From the NCBI GenBank assembly GCA_027452085.1, contig DAIDHG010000018.1, positions 1 through 17,784 on the forward strand: a stretch of DNA of 17,784 nucleotides, given 5' to 3'. Shown one piece after another: positions 7,009 to 15,363 of this stretch; position 1 is the first letter of the stretch; each line of letters opens with the position of its first letter. Source of the DNA: a bacterium (lineage in GTDB: Bacteria; Babelota; Babeliae; Babelales; JABCYS01). Made by a program: the position numbers and the translations under genes. Under the pieces are notes generated by a model, which did no database searches, had not been told where the DNA came from, and saw only the letters and a list, made by a program, of their open reading frames with translations.

Positions 7009-7752
7009 ATGAGACTGAGCATATTGTTATCCCTTTTAGCGAGCGCAACCGCAATTCAGCCAATTTCCTTCCGCGACTATTACGCAAGAAATAAAGAGGT
7101 GGTTGATGAGCAAGTGGCTACCGGTCGCTTAAATCTGGATGAAAAAAATCTGACCGCCTTAGATGGCCTGCAGGATGTGCCCGAAATTTCAGCTCTATAT
7201 TCCCTTATGCTGGGCGGCAATCGCCTGACAAAGATTCCCGCATCAATCATCTCTTTGCCACAGCTTGAATATTGGCAGATCGAAGACAACCCCATTACCA
7301 TCCTCTACGCCCTTTCAGAAATCAGAAAAAGAGATTCGTTTAAGATTAGTATCTACACACCTGAGGTCATACGAGCAAAAAGCCTTATCAATAAAGAGGC
7401 CTGCTCCGTTATTACCGACGAAGGTGATGCAATGGCTTGTTCGTTGGAAGAGGCTTTTGCCAAAGCGGCACAATCGCGCAAAAAGATAAGCGTGGTTTGG
7501 AATGTGTATATTAATTGGGGCGAGTATAGAAGTGCCGCTGAACAAGAAGCCAACCGCCCGGCCCTTATTGCTCGATTGAACAAGGTGATAGATCTTGTAC
7601 AAAAGACAAAGGCTTTTACCGGTAAACAGGTAGATATCAGAATAAACTTCGGCCTCAGCTCGGGTAATAGCCAAGGCCCTTCTATTGAACAAGAAATGTA
7701 TCGCCGCACGTTGCAGGCATTTATGTATGAGCGATTATCATTAAGAAAGTAG
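7009..7752 (+). CDS. Secreted protein with LRR N-cap, about 2 LRRs and an unrelated C-terminal domain
   Basis: AAGGA RBS at 6996-7000 before ATG 7009; signal peptide MRLSILLSLLASATA; LYSLMLGGNRLTKIPASIISLPQLEYWQIEDNPI; N-terminus paralogous to 4079..5566. Confidence 0.85.
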   Translation: MRLSILLSLLASATAIQPISFRDYYARNKEVVDEQVATGRLNLDEKNLTALDGLQDVPEISALYSLMLGGNRLTKIPASIISLPQLEYWQIEDNPITILYALSEIRKRDSFKISIYTPEVIRAKSLINKEACSVITDEGDAMACSLEEAFAKAAQSRKKISVVWNVYINWGEYRSAAEQEANRPALIARLNKVIDLVQKTKAFTGKQVDIRINFGLSSGNSQGPSIEQEMYRRTLQAFMYERLSLRK

Positions 7753-7766
7753 CGCTCTGCTTTGGC

Positions 7767-8588
7767 CTATAAATCTTTTTTCTCTTCACGCTGCTGCCGC
7801 CGCAATAGATACGGAATTCTTTCACCCTGTTGTTCTTGCTGATCTTGAGCGGCACGCACCACCGCTGCCTCGGCCAGAGTCTTTTCATCTGGTTTTAATG
7901 ATGGGCAGAGTTCGTAAAATAGTTCTGGTGATTCAGTAGCATAATCAACTATCAGCTGCGCAGTATCTCTGAGCTCGTGTATGCTTTCGCCGAGTTCTCG
8001 GGGCAATCGCTTGCGCTGTGTTGAATAATCGAGCGCATATTGCTTTAAGCTTTCGTGTAATCGTGGATTTTCTGCTGCTGCGCGAAGCATTGCTCGGCTA
8101 TAAAGCGCAACGGGTGAATCTGTCAGGCAAGGGAAGGTAAGCAAAAGACCAAGGTTCTCACCGCTGCATAGTAGTTGGCTATCTTCTTGCGCAAACTGAT
8201 TAATCGTGTCATCGGTGTATGGCGTGAGACTAAAGAGAGAACCGACCATCGCACAAACATTGGCTGAGCCGTAGAGCACGGCATGCCGTAAAATGCCTTT
8301 GCCAGTCATTCTTTCATTGGCATGAATTGCTTCTTGCGCCTGCCAAGCTTGTCCTGGTTGATTTGATCGCAAGAGCCAAAAATGCTCATTTTGTTGGACA
8401 TACTCATAAACGCCGGAATGCTTAAAATAATTTTCTTCAATCGCATTTCCTGGCACGCCTGATTCTTCATCATCATCTTCATCGCTATACAGTGGCATCT
8501 CGTCCTGCGCCTGCTGCAGGAACCAATCAAGCCTGCCGCGGCCTGATCCGCGTGGTGGTAGTGATGTTGCGGTGATTAATGCCGGCAA
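7767..8588 (-). CDS. Hypothetical protein, probably secreted; 5' end appears frameshifted (true start likely ATG 8622)
   Basis: 273-aa ORF with an acidic tract SDEDDDEES. Removing one base from the A5 run at 8587-8591 joins ATG 8622 and gives the signal peptide MHIKNLILTLILPALITA. Confidence 0.75.
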   Translation of the reverse strand: MPALITATSLPPRGSGRGRLDWFLQQAQDEMPLYSDEDDDEESGVPGNAIEENYFKHSGVYEYVQQNEHFWLLRSNQPGQAWQAQEAIHANERMTGKGILRHAVLYGSANVCAMVGSLFSLTPYTDDTINQFAQEDSQLLCSGENLGLLLTFPCLTDSPVALYSRAMLRAAAENPRLHESLKQYALDYSTQRKRLPRELGESIHELRDTAQLIVDYATESPELFYELCPSLKPDEKTLAEAAVVRAAQDQQEQQGERIPYLLRRQQREEKKDL

Positions 8589-8681
8589 AAATAAGGGTGA
8601 GTATTAGATTTTTGATATGCATTATTTTCTTCCATTTGATTAGGTTTTAGCCTACGCAGCACCGGCCAGAAGTCAAAAGGC

Positions 8682-9185
8682 CTAGCGGGCATGGTAGAGC
8701 TCGCGCATGCGGCGATCCACTGGCCCTTTCCATAGGCCACAGAGGGTGATGGCAATGGCATCAGTCAGATCTAATTTTTCTACATTGAGTTGCGGGAATA
8801 GTCGTTGCAAAAATGTCTTGATCTGCTCTTTATCTGCCCCGCCATAGCCGGTAACTGCCATTTTTACCTCCCGGGGCGCAAATTCCATAAGCTCTGCTTT
8901 GTGCTTGTCTGCCAGTAAATAAAGAATGCCACGAAGATAGCCAAGCTTTAAAAAGCTTTGGGCATTTTTGCCAAGAAAGGAAGTTTCCAGGGCTATGGCC
9001 GTTACCTGGTGGCGCACTATGCGTTCGGCCATATGATCATGAAAGATCCCTACACGCTCCGATAATGATTTGGATGGATTGAGTTTCAGCACACCATAAT
9101 CAAGCAACCGTAAGGTGCTCCCTTGTTGGGATGCTATGCAGTAACCGGTAAAGCTAAATCCTGGATCGACGCCTAATATGATCAT
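8682..9185 (-). CDS. ruvC: Holliday junction resolvase RuvC
   Basis: ILGVDPG, IALETSF, LGYLRG, VKMAVTGYGGADKEQI, DLTDAIAI; RBS AAAGGAG. Confidence 0.97.
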   Translation of the reverse strand: MIILGVDPGFSFTGYCIASQQGSTLRLLDYGVLKLNPSKSLSERVGIFHDHMAERIVRHQVTAIALETSFLGKNAQSFLKLGYLRGILYLLADKHKAELMEFAPREVKMAVTGYGGADKEQIKTFLQRLFPQLNVEKLDLTDAIAITLCGLWKGPVDRRMRELYHAR

Positions 9186-9197
9186 GCAACTCCTTTC

Positions 9198-9218
9198 AAT
9201 ATTAGATTGCCTAATATT
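9198..9218. promoter_or_regulatory. 8-5-8 palindrome directly upstream of the ruvC RBS (possible operator)
   Basis: AATATTAG-attgc-CTAATATT, overlapping a minus-strand extended -10-like TGtTAATAT. Confidence 0.35.
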
Positions 9219-9240
9219 AACAGGATCTATTGCGCAAGCG

Positions 9241-10179
9241 CTACCAGCTATTCAGATTTATTACCACACGTTCGGTGAGCTGTGGCGGTAGTGTATCCAA
9301 TTCAGCGGTAATGAATGGGATTGCCCAACTCAACGGCTGGAAAATAAATTCTGCGTGCCCGGGCGATCTGCCAACTAAACGTATTGCTGCCTGGCGCACC
9401 TTTGGCGATTGGGGAAATTCTCGTTGGGAGAAGAATAGCTTCTTTTCATCTTCAGAGATTTTCGTTTCTTCCATAGGATACAAGCCCTGCGGATCGAGCA
9501 CCTGCATCATATCAACAAATGAATAGAGCGAATAAATCTTTTCAAACATGCCGTGATGCACAAGATTTCGTGTTGATTGCTGCACGGGGCACGCAAGCAA
9601 AATAAGCTCATTGATGGTCAGATCATCTAATGTTGCTTGACGGGCCAAATTGAGTGCCACATTGCCGCCATGGCTATGGGTGATCAATCGCAATTTTGGT
9701 TTTTGATTGTATTTCTGCTCAAACGATTTAACTAATGCGGTAAGATCTGCATACAAATCGGCTGCCGCTTTCTCCCGAGCAGAGAAAGATAAATTGCCAG
9801 ACCAGCTATAAATGTAGAAGTGTTCGAATGGATAGGTTTCGGGTGAACGCTTGCTTATTTGCTTTGCCATGCCATGCATGCGATACCAGTGAGAAATATC
9901 TTTGGCTGCATGCAAGCCCTGCGGGCCAGAATGAAAATATTTAAACACCGGATTATTGGTGGTGCCATGAATCCAAACCGTAATATACGGCTGCTGCTCA
10001 ACCGGCTGAGCCTCTAATCTACGGCGGTATTTGCTTCTCTTAGGCAGCTTGATATCCCGGCGAATGTATTTGACAGATGATCGCGCGCGGTGGCCCACTC
10101 GATGCTTTTTATATTTATTGCAGGCCGGAAGCAGTGCAAGGCTTGTAATAAGAAGGAGTGACTGTATACGTTTAAGCAT
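9241..10179 (-). CDS. Alpha/beta hydrolase-fold lipoprotein
   Basis: Lipobox LLPAC; oxyanion motif VWIHGT; YSWSG; nucleophile elbow LITHSHGGNV; LILLACP; candidate Asp (VDMMQ) and His (PGHAEF). Confidence 0.88.
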   Translation of the reverse strand: MLKRIQSLLLITSLALLPACNKYKKHRVGHRARSSVKYIRRDIKLPKRSKYRRRLEAQPVEQQPYITVWIHGTTNNPVFKYFHSGPQGLHAAKDISHWYRMHGMAKQISKRSPETYPFEHFYIYSWSGNLSFSAREKAAADLYADLTALVKSFEQKYNQKPKLRLITHSHGGNVALNLARQATLDDLTINELILLACPVQQSTRNLVHHGMFEKIYSLYSFVDMMQVLDPQGLYPMEETKISEDEKKLFFSQREFPQSPKVRQAAIRLVGRSPGHAEFIFQPLSWAIPFITAELDTLPPQLTERVVINLNSW

Positions 10180-10585
10180 GAGTTACTGCCGGCGCATGGT
10201 TTGCTTGTGCGATTTTAGGCATACCGTTTGATCGCAGTTTGGCCCGTTCTTCTTTTTCCTTCTTGCGCCCTTCTTGGCGATCTTCATTACCTGAAACGAT
10301 CAAGGCTACCGCAATAGGCGCGGTAATGATGGCAAATGGTAATAAAACATAGAAGGCGGCGGCCAATTCCGGCCCGATATCAATGGGGCCGAGGCCAGCG
10401 TGCGCTATTACAGGGGCGGCGGCAGCTATGGCCCCTGCCGAAGCGCCGGCCAACACTGAGCCAGCTATGATCTGCTTTTTGCCGCGTGATTTCAAAGCAC
10501 GTGGCGTCGTTTTACGGCCGCATGCGGGAAGGATGGCGAGCGCAATAGATAGAATTATTAAAATACGAGATGAAATGGCGTGCAT
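10172..10585 (-). CDS. Putative membrane lipoprotein with an Ala/Gly-rich hydrophobic hairpin
   Basis: Lipobox ILPAC; IAGSVLAGASAGAIAAAAPVIA and AAFYVLLPFAIITAPIAVALIV; AGGA RBS; 8-nt overlap with the downstream hydrolase gene. Confidence 0.75.
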   Translation of the reverse strand: MHAISSRILIILSIALAILPACGRKTTPRALKSRGKKQIIAGSVLAGASAGAIAAAAPVIAHAGLGPIDIGPELAAAFYVLLPFAIITAPIAVALIVSGNEDRQEGRKKEKEERAKLRSNGMPKIAQANHAPAVTHA

Positions 10586-10624
10586 GAAATAATCCTGAAG
10601 TTGTGTACTTTTAATGCATGCATC

Positions 10625-10652
10625 AGGATGTCGAATTGGGCATTTCTGTCAA
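10625..10652 (-). promoter_or_regulatory. Putative sigma70 promoter of the lipoprotein-hydrolase operon
   Basis: Minus strand: TTGACA, 16-nt spacer, CATCCT, 40 nt upstream of ATG 10585. Confidence 0.5.
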
Positions 10653-10701
10653 ACGCACCCGGCCAAATACAGACCATTACATTACTTTTAGAAATGAAGA
10701 T

Positions 10702-10733
10702 AAAAAAAGGAGCGGTTTTTCGCCGCCCCCTTC
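10702..10733 (-). terminator. Rho-independent terminator
   Basis: Minus strand: GGGGCGG-cgaaaaa-CCGCTCC followed by T7, about 20 nt after the stop at 10753. Confidence 0.8.
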
Positions 10734-10752
10734 TTCCTTACTGGTGCTTCAA

Positions 10753-11151
10753 CTACCCACCGCTTTTAATCTGTTGCGGGCTTAATACACAGTAATGAGT
10801 TCGCTCTTCAAAGTTTCTCCGCTCTTTTTCGTACATCTCAACGCAAAAATTTAACCAGAGAGCTACGATGGGAGATGGCGTTTTTATTGCACATATCGTG
10901 GGTTGAGATTTGGGTGTTGTAACATTCTTCATGGAAGTATCTACCGCAGATAACCCTTTAGCAGAAAGAAAATCGCTCATTCGCTTGCGATAAGAGTCGG
11001 TTTGGCTTGTGGCAGATGCTTGTGCTTGATGTGCAATAATGGCCTGTTGTAACGCCAGGTGAGGCACGGATGATTCCGATGAAGTAAACATCGGGCATGA
11101 ACCAAAAAAAATTCCGGAGAGACAAAGAATTTTAATGTGCGAATAATTCAT
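10753..11151 (-). CDS. Small secreted hypothetical protein
   Basis: From ATG 11151 (AAGG upstream): signal-like MNYSHIKILCLSGIFFGSCPMFT; followed by a terminator. The track's TTG 11217 start is less likely. Confidence 0.65.
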   Translation of the reverse strand: MNYSHIKILCLSGIFFGSCPMFTSSESSVPHLALQQAIIAHQAQASATSQTDSYRKRMSDFLSAKGLSAVDTSMKNVTTPKSQPTICAIKTPSPIVALWLNFCVEMYEKERRNFEERTHYCVLSPQQIKSGG

Positions 11152-11249
11152 GAAAAAGACCTTAATAAAACAACACGTGTTATCAAGACCATAGTGAATT
11201 CTTTCACGGGTCGCCAAAGTCTAGAGCCGAAATTTTATAATGCAAACAT

Positions 11250-13391
11250 TTAGCTTTGAAAGCGTTTAATTTCTTGATCTAGAGTCGCCATAATTGGCTG
11301 CAATAAAAAATTCATAGTTGTTGATTGCTGCTCGTATTTTATCTTCGTTGATTGGTCGATTTCGCTCAGCAACTCGCTGATCAACTCGAGCACCAATTTT
11401 GAGTATGGCTGCTCTTGGATAATGGAAAGCACATGTTTAATAATATCGATGGTATGTTGATTCAGCTTGTTTTGCACCGCCACGTTTTTGAGCTCGATTA
11501 TGCTATCAATAAGAATTTTGTGGCGAGATGCTGAAAGCTTATTTTCCTGTGCCTCCTTTTTCTTTTGGTCTTGAACGCCACGTACTTTAAGCGCTTGTTG
11601 TATCTTTGCCACTGCTGCCGGTGTTAACTGCTCCTGCACCGTTTTGCGCTCAATGCCCTTGTGCTCGGCGCGTGCTTTGATCTCGGTAGCTTTTTTGCCA
11701 AACTTTCTGAGAATATCGCGGTAATTTTTTTCATCTGCCACGGTGGCAAGTTGCCCTGGATTTCTATAGACCAGGCCCTTGTAAGTAAAGTAGCTACGAA
11801 AATCTTTGGCCGTAATATCGATCACTACCTGCGTGATGGTATCAAAGCTGCCCTTGGCCGATTTAATTGGCGCAGCTTGAATAGAATCAATAATAAAAAT
11901 TTTATCCGGCCCATGCATCTCAAAGTTAAAGCTATTTAAAATTGATGCGGCGTTGTGCTTGGATGAGCTGATTTTATGGAGGTAATGCACGGCATCGCCC
12001 GGAATCATAGATACCATAGACGGCATTTGCTTGGTATTAACAACAATCTCAAAAGGAATATCGTGGGCATAGAGCAGCACACCAAGGGGCTCTGCTGGTA
12101 TACCGCGATGCTTATAGAAGGTAGCCACATTGAGTGGCGCGGTACGCGTTTTTGCCATCACCGCCCCAATGCTTACGGTTTTATTCTGCGAATCGATAAC
12201 AGAAAACCAGGGCAAGCCCGGCAGTTTTATTTGCGGTAGATTTTTGAGCTCCTGTTTTTTCTCACTACGCCCTAATAATGGCGCCATGATCTCATAATAG
12301 TTAAATGCACCAGGCCGGGTAATCATCTGCATAAATTGGTTGTATCCAAGACGCGAATTCAGCATGATCTCAACCTCGCCCGTACGCATGTTTTGCTTAC
12401 TCATAATTGTTGGCAACGGCACGCTCGTGGGTGCATCGACGAGCGCCTGCGTGATAATGGGAAATGAATAGGTTTTGGTCACGCCGCTTTCGGCATCGGC
12501 ATAGAGCAGTTGGGTATTAAGGCCAGCAGCATAGCACGAATTGTAGACAAGGATGCGAGTGGCAATCATGATATCAAGAAAGCTGAGAAACCCTTGAAAC
12601 TGAGGCAAGGTGAGATCTGCTATCGTGCCCTCGGCTGAACCGTGGCCCGTTAAATAGACGCTCCAATGAGGCACCATCTTTTTTTGTGCAATCGGGTATT
12701 CGCCCGAAGTGACAAAAACTCGGGGCAGCGAGTCAAGAAAATAACTGGCATGACGCGGCGCTCGCTGGGGCCTTTTTACGGCGTTTACTTCCCGCGTTGG
12801 CAGATGATTCACCTTAAGGCCAAGCAGCTGCTCTACTTTAGTCAAAGGCTCTTGAGGCGCATATATTTTAACGGCAGCAATGTCAGCGCCTATCTGTTTT
12901 AAATAGCGGTGTGGCAATAAGAGATACAAAGCAGGATCTACCTCCTTAATAATCCAATTACTCGCTGCTTTGCTATCAAAGGCACCCAATGAAAGAATCA
13001 TTTTCCTTATATAATTGTCACGTTCTTCCTGCACTTTATTCAATGCATTTAATAATTCTATGGTGGGTTGTGCTGCGTACTGTTTCTCGGTTCGCTCGAC
13101 GAGCAGATCAAGCTCAGCCAACTGGTCAAAAAGAATGCTACGATCACGCAAATATGGTTCTATCTTGTCGCCACGAATATTTACCATAAGCGAGGCTGAG
13201 GCAAGAATTGGGCCAGCCTCTTGGATGATGGCCGACATCAAGTCGCTACTAATTGCTTGCAACCTCTCTTCACTATCGTCAAGCATAATAAGCATGCCGC
13301 GGATCGGCCGCTCGGGTTCAGCCGGCACAACGCTAGACGCATACGCTAATTGGCCGAGGCATATTGAAATACAAACTATAAACCGCTTCAT
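11250..13391 (-). CDS. Large secreted protein, putative clan CD (caspase-hemoglobinase fold) cysteine peptidase, paralogue B
   Basis: Signal peptide MKRFIVCISICLGQLAYA; WSVYLTGHG (H250) and ILVYNSCYAAG (C286); AAGGA RBS and TAATG coupling to the upstream paralogue. The CDS is certain, the function is inferred. Confidence 0.8.
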   Translation of the reverse strand: MKRFIVCISICLGQLAYASSVVPAEPERPIRGMLIMLDDSEERLQAISSDLMSAIIQEAGPILASASLMVNIRGDKIEPYLRDRSILFDQLAELDLLVERTEKQYAAQPTIELLNALNKVQEERDNYIRKMILSLGAFDSKAASNWIIKEVDPALYLLLPHRYLKQIGADIAAVKIYAPQEPLTKVEQLLGLKVNHLPTREVNAVKRPQRAPRHASYFLDSLPRVFVTSGEYPIAQKKMVPHWSVYLTGHGSAEGTIADLTLPQFQGFLSFLDIMIATRILVYNSCYAAGLNTQLLYADAESGVTKTYSFPIITQALVDAPTSVPLPTIMSKQNMRTGEVEIMLNSRLGYNQFMQMITRPGAFNYYEIMAPLLGRSEKKQELKNLPQIKLPGLPWFSVIDSQNKTVSIGAVMAKTRTAPLNVATFYKHRGIPAEPLGVLLYAHDIPFEIVVNTKQMPSMVSMIPGDAVHYLHKISSSKHNAASILNSFNFEMHGPDKIFIIDSIQAAPIKSAKGSFDTITQVVIDITAKDFRSYFTYKGLVYRNPGQLATVADEKNYRDILRKFGKKATEIKARAEHKGIERKTVQEQLTPAAVAKIQQALKVRGVQDQKKKEAQENKLSASRHKILIDSIIELKNVAVQNKLNQHTIDIIKHVLSIIQEQPYSKLVLELISELLSEIDQSTKIKYEQQSTTMNFLLQPIMATLDQEIKRFQS

Positions 13392-15199
13392 TATTTTTCC
13401 TTGTTTTGTTTTTGCCGTTGTGCTTGAGCAGCCATCACCTTTTGTATATTTTCAATTGCCTGGGGTGTTAAGGATGATTGAGCGGCTCGACGAGCCATAA
13501 TTTCTTTTTCATTGACGGCAAACCGTGCGAGTAGTTCATGATATCTCTTTATTTGCTGTTCAGTTGCCGGCGCAAAATGATCGGTATATATGGTGCCATT
13601 AAACTCCATAAACAGATTAAAATCTGTTGGCCCGGATTCTACAATCACATGAGTCAAGGGTGTTTGAATAAACGGTGGCGCCTGAACCTCGTCTATCAAA
13701 AAGATCTTTCTCGGGCCCTGCAGTGCTACATCCATGCTGGCACATACCACCAATGCATCATGCAGATCTGAGATCAGCTTTTTAATATGGTGCATGGCAT
13801 CACCCGAAATCATAGAGATTATATGCGGCATGTGGGTTGTGTGAAACTCTAAATCAAAGGGAATTTCACCCGCGTAAAGTAATACGGCAATTGGTTCGGC
13901 AACAGCGCCCTGACGCTTAAAAAATTTGCCAATATCGAGCGGCGCGGTGCGTGATTGGGCCAAAATTGAGCCGATGCTGACTGTTTTACGGTTTGCATCA
14001 AGCACGGAAAACCAGGGCAAGCTTGGCAGCTTTATTTGAGGTATGTTTTTTATCGCTAGTTGCGGAGCCATCGCATAAAATTCAATTGGTCGTATCAATT
14101 CTTCATAATTAAGCATGCCCGGTTGCGTTATGCGATTGAAAAAAGTGTCAAAATGTAGTTGAGAAACTAAAGCAAGAGCATTCTCTACCGCGGTTACTTT
14201 TGGCTGAGGAAAATAGGTTGGGGAATCAAGCAAGGCCTGCGTTATAATAGGAAATGAATAGCGCAACGGAATTTGCTTTTCCGAATCGAGATAGATTTTT
14301 TCTGCATTCATGCCTGCCGCATAGCAGGAGCTGTAGACTAATAGACGAGTAAATATCCTATTCTCTAAAAATGATAATAGATCCTTAAACTGCTCAATGG
14401 AAAGATTGGCAACCATCTGCCCCATCAAGCCATGGCCATTAATGTAGATGCTCCATTGAGGTATTGCGATAACAGCATTTGATTGTCTGTACTGCTCATG
14501 AGTAATAAATAGCTGTGACAATGCAGAAACAAAATAGTCATTTCCCCATGCTTTTGATTTTCCAACCCCGTACAAGCCAAGCGTTTTAAGATGGTTGATC
14601 TGTAAACCGAGGGATAATTCGATCGGTGTAAGCGGCCCGTTGCTATATTTTTTGGCCTGGGAAAGAGGCACACCTTTTTCACACAGATAACGGACTGGTA
14701 ATAAAAGATAAAGAGAGGGATTAACTTCCTTAATAATCCAAAATTGATTGAGCAAGGTATAGGTAAGCGAGCGCATTGCGCGAATGTTAAAGCTGTGCAA
14801 TAGAGAATTGATGAGATCAAGTTCAGAGGTCGCCTTGGCATACTTTGCTTGATAGGCTTGCACGGCCTGGAGGTTACCTTGATGTATATTCATTGCTTCA
14901 TTAGTTGTCTTGGCCACCGTATTCAAGGCCGCAGCATACATTGTTTCATACCGCGCATATTCTGATACTAAACGTTCGTTGTATTTGCCAGCATGGTCAT
15001 GTATCGCATTAACAATTAACGACGCAGAAGCCAAAATCGGACCGGCGTGCTGGGCGACTGCCGTAACAAAATTGCTGGTGATAGCGCCAATGGTTGTTTC
15101 AGAGTCATCGAGAAATATAAGCAGACCATTTGTTTGATTTGCAACGATCGGCATGCACAAGAATATGCTTAAAAGCGATAACAATGATCGTTGCTTCAT
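13391..15199 (-). CDS. Large secreted protein, putative clan CD cysteine peptidase, paralogue A
   Basis: RBS AAAAGGA before ATG 15199; signal peptide MKQRSLLSLLSIFLCMPIVA; WSIYINGHG and LLVYSSCYAAG with the same 36-residue His-Cys spacing; collinear similarity with 11250..13391. Confidence 0.8.
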   Translation of the reverse strand: MKQRSLLSLLSIFLCMPIVANQTNGLLIFLDDSETTIGAITSNFVTAVAQHAGPILASASLIVNAIHDHAGKYNERLVSEYARYETMYAAALNTVAKTTNEAMNIHQGNLQAVQAYQAKYAKATSELDLINSLLHSFNIRAMRSLTYTLLNQFWIIKEVNPSLYLLLPVRYLCEKGVPLSQAKKYSNGPLTPIELSLGLQINHLKTLGLYGVGKSKAWGNDYFVSALSQLFITHEQYRQSNAVIAIPQWSIYINGHGLMGQMVANLSIEQFKDLLSFLENRIFTRLLVYSSCYAAGMNAEKIYLDSEKQIPLRYSFPIITQALLDSPTYFPQPKVTAVENALALVSQLHFDTFFNRITQPGMLNYEELIRPIEFYAMAPQLAIKNIPQIKLPSLPWFSVLDANRKTVSIGSILAQSRTAPLDIGKFFKRQGAVAEPIAVLLYAGEIPFDLEFHTTHMPHIISMISGDAMHHIKKLISDLHDALVVCASMDVALQGPRKIFLIDEVQAPPFIQTPLTHVIVESGPTDFNLFMEFNGTIYTDHFAPATEQQIKRYHELLARFAVNEKEIMARRAAQSSLTPQAIENIQKVMAAQAQRQKQNKEK

Positions 15200-15334
15200 G
15201 CCTACTTTCCTTTTTTGGGGTGCTGCACACAACTTTCAGCTTAGCTTCCATCGTGCTTTTGTTGCAATAATTGGTATTCCAAACTACGCAGAACCCGCTT
15301 AGAAAGTGCCGAATTCAACTCGGTAATTTTTTAC

Positions 15335-15363
15335 TACAGAGCTCTACAGAGTTAATTACAGAG
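15335..15363. repeat. Three short direct repeats TACAGAG
   Basis: TACAGAG at 15335, 15345 and 15357, straddling the stop codon of 15352..16266. Confidence 0.6.

Noticed and set aside
8682..9185. RuvC as a TnpB/Cas12 or transposon-related nuclease
   Set aside because: 167-aa canonical cellular RuvC with no zinc finger, array or IS ends.
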